Source: an uncultured bacterium
Lineage (GTDB): Bacteria; Bipolaricaulota; Bipolaricaulia; RBG-16-55-9; DRJF01
Assembly (NCBI GenBank): GCA_913053845.1
Contig: CAJXGD010000007.1
Coordinates: 382-64,381 of the forward strand
Length of the DNA: 64,000 nt
Direction of reading: 5' to 3'
The notes beneath the pieces are model-generated. The model had not been told where the DNA came from and searched no databases. It worked only from the letters and a program-made list of their open reading frames with translations. Numbering within the stretch: position 1 is the first letter of the stretch; every line of letters begins with the position of its first letter. This document shows, piece by piece, positions 41,928 to 49,822 of the stretch. A program made the position numbers and the translations under genes.

Positions 41928-42453
41928 CCGCTTTATCGCTGAGCGAGCGGAGATCAGAATCTCCTTCTCGATAACTCATCACTCCTTTATCATCGGCTAA
42001 TGTCTCCAATAGCTCTTGGATCGTCCTCCGGGTCGCCGGGTGGCGGAACTGGGGAGCCAGCTCGGCCAGGGGCACCAAGACGAAGCGTCGCTGGGTCAAG
42101 CGCGGGTGCGGAAGCTGCAAGTCCGCTTCAGTTATGATCTGCATCCCGTAGAAGAGCAGATCCAGATCTATCCGGCGCGGTCCCCAGTGGCGGCCCCTCA
42201 CCCGACCCAATCGGGCTTCAATCTCTTGACAGCGCTGCAACAAGGCCCGCGGTCCCAGCCTGGAGCTCAGTTCGACCACCGTGTTGAGAAACCGGGGTTG
42301 GGCGGTGAAGCCCAGCGGCTCAGTCTGATAGAGCGACGCGCGGGCTACCACCTGGACCTCAGGCGTCCGGGCCAAGCGGCTCAGGGCACGCTCCAGATAG
42401 GCCCGGCGGTCGCCCAGGTTGGAGCCCAAGCCCAAAAAGATGCGCTCAGCCAT
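41884..42453 (-). CDS. folK: 2-amino-4-hydroxy-6-hydroxymethyldihydropteridine diphosphokinase
   Basis: Start MAERIFLGLGSNLGDRRAYL at 42453, with RIDLDLLFYG and PHPRLTQRRFVLVPL. The C-terminal tail of about 30 aa overlaps the rng 5' region. Confidence 0.85.
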   Translation of the reverse strand: MAERIFLGLGSNLGDRRAYLERALSRLARTPEVQVVARASLYQTEPLGFTAQPRFLNTVVELSSRLGPRALLQRCQEIEARLGRVRGRHWGPRRIDLDLLFYGMQIITEADLQLPHPRLTQRRFVLVPLAELAPQFRHPATRRTIQELLETLADDKGVMSYREGDSDLRSLSDKAGGDPRRQSVIRDLL

Positions 42454-42811
42454 CGCTGCGCTCACTTTGGACCTCCGCGGCCACGCCGCCCAATTGCAGT
42501 CCCCACGGGGCGCGCGGATGTTTGTGCACGCGCACTTTGGCATGTCTTACCGGGGGGAAATCGTGCAGGAGCTGATCGCTCAGGGCATGGGCTAGCGACT
42601 CGATCAGGCGAAATTGGTGGGTCTGATTGAAGCTGGCTACTCGGCGGATGACCGCCATGTAATCCACCGTCTCGCTCAGTTGATCCTGGGCGGAGGCAAA
42701 ATCCCCCTGGAGCTCGATGTCAAACGAGTAAATCCCACCCCGCTCGCGCTCCTCGGGGGCCACACCATGCCGGGCGTAGAGAGTCAAGCCTTCAATGAAC
42801 AACCGATCCAA
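42446..42811 (-). CDS. folB: Dihydroneopterin aldolase
   Basis: MDRLFIEGLTLYARHGVAPEERERGGIYSFDIEL. 8-nt overlap with folK. Confidence 0.85.
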   Translation of the reverse strand: MDRLFIEGLTLYARHGVAPEERERGGIYSFDIELQGDFASAQDQLSETVDYMAVIRRVASFNQTHQFRLIESLAHALSDQLLHDFPPVRHAKVRVHKHPRAPWGLQLGGVAAEVQSERSDG

Positions 42812-42884
42812 GCCGCGTTATCCTTCCCATCTGCATCATTTCTCCCAGCGCTTATTGTGCCAAGTGGCGGACCGTTTTGCAAGC

Positions 42885-43670
42885 TCAACCCGGCGACCTG
42901 GTTTGCCGGGTCTGCCGAGACAGCAGTTGCCCCAGTCGGCCGAAAGCATAGACCGAGCCGTCATCGCCGATCGGGTAAAGCTCAAAGTCCGGCAAGGTCG
43001 CTTCGTCAAGCAGCGGCGAGAGGCAGCCCTCGCGCCCCAGATCGCTGCCCTGCACCAGCGGATTAACAGCGGGCTGCACCAGCAGCTTGACCCCCCGATA
43101 GCTCCCCTGGAGAAAGCATTTGTAAAGCTCCACCCGACCGGTGACTGGATCGCGCAAGCCGATCGCCGGATGCTCGTGGCCGATGATTACCAGCTCAAGG
43201 TCGGCCGAAAGCTCATCAGGCTGCCGATCACCGTGGATGAAGAGCAGCGGTCCGGCGCGATAGGCCGCACAGAGCTCAATGCGAGCGCTCGCCTGGGCCA
43301 GCGGGGCCAGCTCACCGTCATGGTTGCCTTGGACCAGCACCAGCCGCTCGCTCAACTCGGCCAGCTCGCTCAGGAAACCGAGCAGCTCCTGGAGCTCCCG
43401 CCCCGAGCAGGGGCCGAAACTGTGGCGCAGATCGCCGTTGATGATCAGGCAGCGCAGGGGGTGAGCCGTCGAGATGGCCAACTGAGCGACGATCCGGTTC
43501 AGGCGGACGCGCACCGCCTGGAGCTGCCGCTGGGGCAGGAGCAGCCCCTCACGGCCGAGCGCCCGCTCGAAGCCCAGGTGCAGGTCGGCGATGGCCAGCG
43601 TCCGGCAGCGCTGCCAATAGCAGGCCAGGTCCACCAGTTGTAGCTCCTCATCCAGGAGTAGGCTTTTCAT
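42885..43670 (-). CDS. Calcineurin-like metallophosphoesterase (PdeM / archaeal SbcD-related type)
   Basis: Start MKSLLLDEELQLVDL at 43670. Motifs are LAIADLHLG, INGDLRHSF, VQGNHD and GHEHP. Confidence 0.7.
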   Translation of the reverse strand: MKSLLLDEELQLVDLACYWQRCRTLAIADLHLGFERALGREGLLLPQRQLQAVRVRLNRIVAQLAISTAHPLRCLIINGDLRHSFGPCSGRELQELLGFLSELAELSERLVLVQGNHDGELAPLAQASARIELCAAYRAGPLLFIHGDRQPDELSADLELVIIGHEHPAIGLRDPVTGRVELYKCFLQGSYRGVKLLVQPAVNPLVQGSDLGREGCLSPLLDEATLPDFELYPIGDDGSVYAFGRLGQLLSRQTRQTRSPG

Positions 43671-43804
43671 CCGATTATCCGAGCGAATTATAGCTCTATG
43701 CTCGGGCGTCGGCGATGTGAAGTTGCCCCTGGAGTCCTTTTCGCTTATGATCGTTGGCTGTGGGGCTATCAGGGTCATAACTTGTGGGAGGCGAAGTCGA
43801 GCCA

Positions 43805-44992
43805 ATGGATCTGTTCAGCAAATGCGAGAATTATCACGAGGTCAAGCAGGCCAAGGAGCAGGGCTATTACCCCTATTTCTTGCCGGTCTGCTCCGCTCAA
43901 GACAGTGAAGTGATCATCGAGGGTCGGCGGGTCCTGATGCTGGGCTCCAATAATTATTTGGGCCTGACTACCCATCCTCAGGTGAAACGTGCCGCAATTC
44001 AGGCCGTCGAGCAGTACGGCACTTCCAGTTGTGGCTCGCGTTTTCTCAACGGCACCATGGAGTTGCATCTGGAGTTGGAGGAGCGGCTGGCCCACTTCCT
44101 CAAGCGCGAGGCGGCGCTCTGCTTCTCCACCGGTTTCCAGACCAATCTGGGGACTATCTCAGCCCTGGTGGGCAAGAACGATGTAGTATTCTCCGATAAG
44201 TGGGATCACGCCTCGATCATTGACGGCATCCGCCTTTCCCTGGGCAAGACCAAGCGCTTTCGACACAACGACGTGGAGGACCTACGTCGTGCCCTGCGCG
44301 ACTGTCCTGATGAGCTGGGCAAATTGATCGTAGTCGACGGCCTGTTCAGCATGGAAGGGGACATCTGTCCCTTGGCGGAGATCACCCAGGCCGCCCGGGA
44401 GTACGGTGCGCGGGTCATGGTGGATGACGCCCACGCTCTGGGTGTCTTGGGCGCTCATGGTCGCGGCACAGCCGAGCATTTCGGCCTGGAAGACCAGGTT
44501 GACTTGATCATGGGGACCTTCAGCAAATCATTTGCCTCGCTGGGTGGTGTGATCGCCGGCCCGGCCTCGGTGATCAGCTATATCCAGCACCATGCCCGCT
44601 CGCTGATCTTCAGCGCCTCCATGCCGCCCTCGGCGGTGGCCACCGTGCTGGCCGCGCTGAAGGTAATAAAGAACGAGCCGGAAAGGCACGAGCGGCTGTG
44701 GCACAACGCCCACAAGATGCAGGCCGGCCTGCAAGCGATGGGCTACGATACCGGAGCGTCCCAGACACCGGTCATCCCACTGGTGATCGGCGATATGTTC
44801 CTGGCGCTGACCATGTGGCGCGAACTGCTGGAGAACGGCGTCTACGTCAATGTGATCTTGCCCCCAGCGGTGCCCCAGGGTCGGGCGCTGCTGCGCACCA
44901 GCTATATGGCCACCCATACCGATGAACAACTCGACTTCGCCCTGGAGATCTTCCATAAGATGGGCCACAAGCACGGCGTCCTGCCCGGTTGA
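43805..44992 (+). CDS. Alpha-oxoamine synthase, serine palmitoyltransferase-like
   Basis: Start MDLFSKCENYH, 13 nt after GGGAGG. Blocks are LGSNNYLGL, RFRHNDVEDL, the PLP-Lys block GTFSKSFASLGG, IFSASMPPSAVAT and GVYVNVILPPAVPQGRALLRTSYMATHT. Confidence 0.8.
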   Translation: MDLFSKCENYHEVKQAKEQGYYPYFLPVCSAQDSEVIIEGRRVLMLGSNNYLGLTTHPQVKRAAIQAVEQYGTSSCGSRFLNGTMELHLELEERLAHFLKREAALCFSTGFQTNLGTISALVGKNDVVFSDKWDHASIIDGIRLSLGKTKRFRHNDVEDLRRALRDCPDELGKLIVVDGLFSMEGDICPLAEITQAAREYGARVMVDDAHALGVLGAHGRGTAEHFGLEDQVDLIMGTFSKSFASLGGVIAGPASVISYIQHHARSLIFSASMPPSAVATVLAALKVIKNEPERHERLWHNAHKMQAGLQAMGYDTGASQTPVIPLVIGDMFLALTMWRELLENGVYVNVILPPAVPQGRALLRTSYMATHTDEQLDFALEIFHKMGHKHGVLPG

Positions 44993-45003
44993 GCGGCCTG
45001 CGC

Positions 45004-46158
45004 TTAGAGCTTTTTCTCGTAGATGCGGTAGGTCTTGTCCAGCCGAGAGCCGACCATCTTACAGGCACGAATGATCAGCTCATTGTCTTCTAATAGCCAG
45101 GAGAACTCGCAACTGCGAAAGCGGTGCAGTGCCAAGGTCGCCTCGATCAGTTGGGAGTAGATCAGGGCGTCCACCCCGCGCAGCCGATAGCCGCCCTTGA
45201 TGCCCAGGGTGATGAAGCGCAGGCCGTCCACCCGCCGCATCCCTCGCAGCAGTCGGAAGATTCCCCAGGGGAAGAGCCTGCCCCGCAAGGGCAACAACGC
45301 CTGATAGGCGTCGGGGATCACCAGCCCAAAGCCCACCGGTTCTGCGTCCAGCTCAGCGATCAAGGCTAGCTCAGGAATGGCGATCTGTTTGAGCTCTTTG
45401 CCCTGGGCGAGAAACTCGGCCTCGCTCATGGGGACGAAGCCCCAGTTGCGCTCCCAGGCGGCGTTGTAGATCTGGCGCAGCCGGGTGACCTCGGTGGAGA
45501 AGTCGTGCAGGTTGATCTGGCGCACCTTGAAGCCGCGCCGCTCGGCCCGCCGGGCCAGTGCGCGCAGCCGCACCACCAGCTTTTCATTCTTGGCCAGGAA
45601 ATTTTCGTCAATCTGAAGGCGATAAGCCAGCAGGTCTTTGATTTTAGTGAAGCCGGCAGATTCAAGTAATTCCGGATAATAAGAGGGATTATAGGTCATC
45701 ATCACACAAGGGGGCCGGGAGAAGCCCTCGACGAGCAGGCCACACTCCCCATTGGTGTTGAAGTTAAAGGGTCCGCGCAGGGCCTTCATGTCCGCGGCGC
45801 GCCCCCAGTCGGCGGCTGCCCCTAGCAGGGCCTGACCGACCACCTGATCATCAAGAGTCTCAAAGAAGCCGAAGAATGCCGTCTGCTCATCCCAAAATTC
45901 ATTGTGGTCATGGTCAATCTGCGCCGAGATGCGTCCCACCGGTTGACCGGCTTGATAGGCCAAGAAGAGCTGCACCTCAGCATGCTGATAGAAGGGATTG
46001 CGCTTCGGATCGAAGCGCTCTCGCTCTTGGCTGAGCAGCGGTGCGACCCAATTTTGATCGTGGCGATAAAGCTGCCAAGGCAGGCGGATGAATTGCCGCT
46101 GCTGCTCGGTGGTCCGGACGGCCCTGATCTCAAGCGGCGAGTTGTTCAACGAGCTCAT
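45004..46158 (-). CDS. Large GNAT-fold N-acyltransferase-like protein
   Basis: Start MSSLNNSPLEIRAV at 46158; 384 aa. The N-terminal half reads RLPWQLYRHDQNWVAPLL...FFGFFE. The C-terminal half reads YNAAWERNWGFVPMSEAEF...FITLGIKGGYRLRGVDALIY. The fold assignment is from motif memory only. Confidence 0.55.
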   Translation of the reverse strand: MSSLNNSPLEIRAVRTTEQQRQFIRLPWQLYRHDQNWVAPLLSQERERFDPKRNPFYQHAEVQLFLAYQAGQPVGRISAQIDHDHNEFWDEQTAFFGFFETLDDQVVGQALLGAAADWGRAADMKALRGPFNFNTNGECGLLVEGFSRPPCVMMTYNPSYYPELLESAGFTKIKDLLAYRLQIDENFLAKNEKLVVRLRALARRAERRGFKVRQINLHDFSTEVTRLRQIYNAAWERNWGFVPMSEAEFLAQGKELKQIAIPELALIAELDAEPVGFGLVIPDAYQALLPLRGRLFPWGIFRLLRGMRRVDGLRFITLGIKGGYRLRGVDALIYSQLIEATLALHRFRSCEFSWLLEDNELIIRACKMVGSRLDKTYRIYEKKL

Positions 46159-46282
46159 GGGCTCTTTTATACCCGAAAAGCGGGGGGGCGGGCAAGGGCC
46201 GAGGCCAGCGGTGCAAGATCTGAGTTGCAGCATCGGCGAGCTGACGCTATCTTGATTGCGCCTAGAGGAGGTGGTGCTCATC

Positions 46283-47266
46283 ATGCGTGTTCTGGTTACC
46301 GGCGCGACCGGCCTAGTCGGCAGTCATTTGGCCCAACAGTTGGTGGAAGCCGGCGAAGCGGTGCGCGCCCTGGTGCGACCTACCAGCGATGTGCGTCGGC
46401 TGCAGGCACTGGGCATCGAGCTGGCTCCAGGCGATCTAAACGATGAGAAAAGTCTGCGCTCGGCCTGCCGGGGCGTACAAATCGTCTATCACTGCGCCGC
46501 CCGCCTGCCCTTGGGAGGCCGGCGGGAGCGGTTCTATCGGACCAACGTGCAAGCTACTGCCGCGCTGCTGCGCGCCGCTCAAGCGGCCGAAGTGGAGCGC
46601 TTCGTTTATACCAGCACAGTGGACGTCTACGGCTACGCCGATCAGCGAGGGACCGACGAAGAGACGCCTTTTCGGGCCGACGGTTATTACTCCGAGACCA
46701 AGATCGCCGCAGAGAAGCTCCTCTGGCAGGCCTATCGCAGCGAGCATTTTCCCGTGGCTATAATTCGTCCCTGTCTGATCTATGGCCCCTATGATCGCAA
46801 TCTGTGGCCCGCGCTGCTGCGGATGCTGGCCGGGCATCACGTGCCGCTGATCGGCGGCGGCCGCACCCTGGCCGACATAGTTTACGCCGGCGACGTGGCC
46901 CAGGCGCTCCGACTGGCCGGCAGGCGCGCCGAGGCCCTGGGCCAAGCCTACAACGTGACCGATGGGGCGGAGCGCACCGTGCGCCAGCTACTGAGCGCTT
47001 TCGCTCAGGCTCTGCACCTGGAACCCCGTTTTTTTCGCTTGCCCTATGCCCCGGCTTATGGTGCAGCTCAACTGCTCGCCGGGATAAGCCGCACGCTGGG
47101 CTTCAACCTGCCTGCCGATCTGCAGCCCGATATCATCAAGGCACTGGGCCACGATCGTCACTTCAACATCGGCAAAGCCCGCGCTCAATTGGGCTATCGT
47201 CCCCAAGTCGATCTGGAGACGGGCCTGGCGCAAACGCTCGCCTGGTATAATCAACGCCCAGTCTAG
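46283..47266 (+). CDS. NAD-dependent epimerase/dehydratase-family reductase (extended SDR)
   Basis: Start MRVLVTGATGLVGSHL at 46283, with catalytic YSETK. It is divergent from the GNAT-like gene across 124 bp. Confidence 0.75.
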   Translation: MRVLVTGATGLVGSHLAQQLVEAGEAVRALVRPTSDVRRLQALGIELAPGDLNDEKSLRSACRGVQIVYHCAARLPLGGRRERFYRTNVQATAALLRAAQAAEVERFVYTSTVDVYGYADQRGTDEETPFRADGYYSETKIAAEKLLWQAYRSEHFPVAIIRPCLIYGPYDRNLWPALLRMLAGHHVPLIGGGRTLADIVYAGDVAQALRLAGRRAEALGQAYNVTDGAERTVRQLLSAFAQALHLEPRFFRLPYAPAYGAAQLLAGISRTLGFNLPADLQPDIIKALGHDRHFNIGKARAQLGYRPQVDLETGLAQTLAWYNQRPV

Positions 47267-47290
47267 TAGGGGCGTATGGCTCTTGCGCCC
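47266..47290. repeat. Degenerate GTAGGGGC-family element
   Basis: GTAGGGGCGTATGGC (47266-47280) is identical to 23871-23885. The second arm is degraded (tcttGCGCCC). Confidence 0.4.
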
Positions 47291-49088
47291 AGAGGAAGGG
47301 AGGGGGAACTTGTCGCCTGTTATCACGCTCTTGATCATAATCGCCGCCGCACTGGTGCTCTTCGTCAGCGAGCGTTTTCCCATTCCCTTAGTGGCTTTGT
47401 CCATCTCGGTGGTGCTGATGCTCACCGGTCTGGTCACGCCGGCCGAGGGCATCTCCGGCTTCAGCAGCCCGGCGACCATCACGGTGCTGGCCATGTTTGT
47501 GCTCAGCGCCGGCTTGCAGAAGACCGGCATCGTCCGCTCGCTAGGCGAGCTGATCATCCGCTTTGCCGGCGGCAATCAGTACAAGGGGCTGGCCGCGATC
47601 ATGCTGGTCGCCGGCGGGCTCTCGGCCTTCATCAACAATACCGCCGTGGTGGTGGTGCTCTTGCCCACGGTGATCATCTTGGCCCGGCGCACGGCGCTCT
47701 CTCCGGCCAAATTGCTCATTCCTCTCTCGTTCAGCAGTATGCTGGGCGGCCTGGGCACCCTGATCGGCACCTCGACCAATATCTTGGCCTCCGACGTCGC
47801 GAACAAGCTGGGCTACGGGCCGATTTCCATGTTCGAGTTCACCAAGCTGGGCGTGATAGTTTTCCTGGTCGGCGGAGTCTATCTCTTGCTCTTCAGTGGA
47901 CGCCTCTTGCCGGAGCGCCGTGGGCCACGAGAGGAGAGGACCGAGAGCTACCATCTGCGGGATTATCTCACCGAGCTGGTGATCCTGCCCGACTCACCCT
48001 TGGTTGGGTCCACGGTGGCCCAGTGTCGGCTGCGGCAGCTCTCCGATGCTGACGTGCTGGAGATTATCCGCGCTGGGAGCAAGCTGGAACAGCCGTTCGC
48101 TGACGAAAGGCTGCAAGCGGGCGATGTGCTGATGGTTCGAGGCAAGGTTCAGACGCTGCTGCGGGTGCGCCGCAGTGCCGGGATCAAGATCCTGCCGGAG
48201 GTGCAACTACGCGACTCCGATCTGGTGGCCGACCGGATGGGCCTGCTGGAGGTGCTCATCTCGCCGACCTCGCATCTGATCGGGCGTACCCTGGAGGAGA
48301 TCCGCTTTCGCAACCGCTACAACGCCACGGTGCTGGCCATCCAGCGCCACGGCGAGGCGATTCGCGAGCAACTGAGCAAGAACCGGTTGGCCGTAGGTGA
48401 TGCGCTCCTGATCCAAGGCCCAAGCGCCGTGCTGGAGATGATCCAGGCCAGCCCCAACTTCATCATCGTCGGTGAGGTGCCCCATGAGACGCTCCGCCGG
48501 GAGAAGACACCCATCGCGCTGGGGATTATCATCGGAGTGGTCCTGCTGGCTGCCCTGAACGTCCTGCCCATCCTGGTGACCGCCTTGGCCGGAGCGGTGC
48601 TGATGGTGCTGACCGGCTGTCTGGAGATGAGCGAGTTTTACGAGGCGGTGCGCTGGGATGTCATCTTTCTACTAGCCGGCATTATTCCTTTGGGGCTGGC
48701 GTTGGAGAATACCGGGGCGGCCGCGTCGATCGCTCAGTACGCCGTGGGACTCTCCGGTGTGCTGCCCCCGTTGCTGATTTTGGGGCTCTTCTACGTGCTC
48801 TCCATGCTCCTGACGGAGATGATCTCCAACAACGCCACCGTCGTCCTGCTCATCCCGATTGCCACCGCCGCGGCGACCGATCTGGGGCTGAACCCCCAAG
48901 CCTTCATCATGACGGTGATGTTTGCCGCCTCGATGAGCTTTCTCACCCCCATCGGCTATCAGGCGAACACGCTGGTCTACAGCGCGGGCGGCTACAAGTT
49001 TACCGATTTCTTCAAGGTAGGAGCGCCGATCAGCCTGATCTTGATCCCGATCACGGTCTATCTTATCTCGGTTTTCTGGCCGCTCTAG
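47283..49088 (+). CDS. SLC13/DASS-type anion permease with two internal TrkA-C (RCK_C) domains
   Basis: 601 aa. There are N- and C-terminal polytopic halves, and a central soluble region with two repeats (DYLTELVILPDSPLVGSTVAQ... and LLEVLISPTSHLIGRTLEE...). The start codon is uncertain. Confidence 0.8.
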   Translation: MRPEEGRGNLSPVITLLIIIAAALVLFVSERFPIPLVALSISVVLMLTGLVTPAEGISGFSSPATITVLAMFVLSAGLQKTGIVRSLGELIIRFAGGNQYKGLAAIMLVAGGLSAFINNTAVVVVLLPTVIILARRTALSPAKLLIPLSFSSMLGGLGTLIGTSTNILASDVANKLGYGPISMFEFTKLGVIVFLVGGVYLLLFSGRLLPERRGPREERTESYHLRDYLTELVILPDSPLVGSTVAQCRLRQLSDADVLEIIRAGSKLEQPFADERLQAGDVLMVRGKVQTLLRVRRSAGIKILPEVQLRDSDLVADRMGLLEVLISPTSHLIGRTLEEIRFRNRYNATVLAIQRHGEAIREQLSKNRLAVGDALLIQGPSAVLEMIQASPNFIIVGEVPHETLRREKTPIALGIIIGVVLLAALNVLPILVTALAGAVLMVLTGCLEMSEFYEAVRWDVIFLLAGIIPLGLALENTGAAASIAQYAVGLSGVLPPLLILGLFYVLSMLLTEMISNNATVVLLIPIATAAATDLGLNPQAFIMTVMFAASMSFLTPIGYQANTLVYSAGGYKFTDFFKVGAPISLILIPITVYLISVFWPL

Positions 49089-49188
49089 ACCAACTTGTCA
49101 GAAGGCCGCTTTGCAGATTTCCTTGTGTTGAGGTATCATGGCAAAGATATGCATAGTGGCTGAGCTTCACTATTGCAAGGGGGAAATC

Positions 49189-49749
49189 ATGGATACAGAT
49201 GTGATGAACGGAGTCGATGTCGAGCAACTTGTTGGCACCATTGAGGCGATAAAGGACAAACCGGAGCTTGCCAGGTTCAACTTCAGGGCCAAGACGACTT
49301 GGATCAATGGTGGGCACTCGCGGACGACGATCCAAAGCTTCTACGGTGCAGGTCAGGAGGATACTTCTCGCAGCGAACCATTCGTTTTGGAGGGAGATGA
49401 GCCACCAGTCCTGCTCGGTGCGAACAAGGGCCCCAATGCCGTTGAGATGGTTCTGGCAGCCTTGGCCTCATGTCTGACCGTCGGTATGGTGTACAACGCC
49501 GCGGCCCGTGGATTGAAGATCGAGCGGCTTGAGTTCGAGCTTGATGGTGACGTTGATCTACACAGGTTTTTGGGTCTTTCCGACACCGTGCGAGCCGGTT
49601 ATCAGAACATTCGGCTTACCTGTTCTCTGCAAAGCGACGCGTCTGACAGCGAGCTCTCAGAGCTCCTCGAACATGTCAAGAATACCTCCCCCGTGCTAGA
49701 CATCATAAGCAACCCCGTCAATGTGGAAGTGCAGCTGAAGCACCTCTGA
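49189..49749 (+). CDS. OsmC-family peroxiredoxin-like protein
   Basis: NGVDVEQLVGTIEAIKDKPELARFNFRAKTTW and LAALASCLT. The likely start is MDTDVMNG at 49189. Confidence 0.75.
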   Translation: MDTDVMNGVDVEQLVGTIEAIKDKPELARFNFRAKTTWINGGHSRTTIQSFYGAGQEDTSRSEPFVLEGDEPPVLLGANKGPNAVEMVLAALASCLTVGMVYNAAARGLKIERLEFELDGDVDLHRFLGLSDTVRAGYQNIRLTCSLQSDASDSELSELLEHVKNTSPVLDIISNPVNVEVQLKHL

Positions 49750-49822
49750 GGAGAAAGACTCTATCAAGCATGTGCTATCGCCCTGCAGGCGGGCTGGCTG
49801 AGGGGAGGAGAGAGCGAAAGAC

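Noticed and set aside
49090-49140. Search for a direct repeat of the tRNA-Lys 3' end (att site) at the far border of the low-G+C block, and for an integrase anywhere in 49.1-58.3 kb.
   Set aside because: I found no match to TGGGCCGTGAGGGGATCGAACC and no tyrosine- or serine-recombinase-like ORF. The island call therefore rests only on composition and tRNA adjacency.
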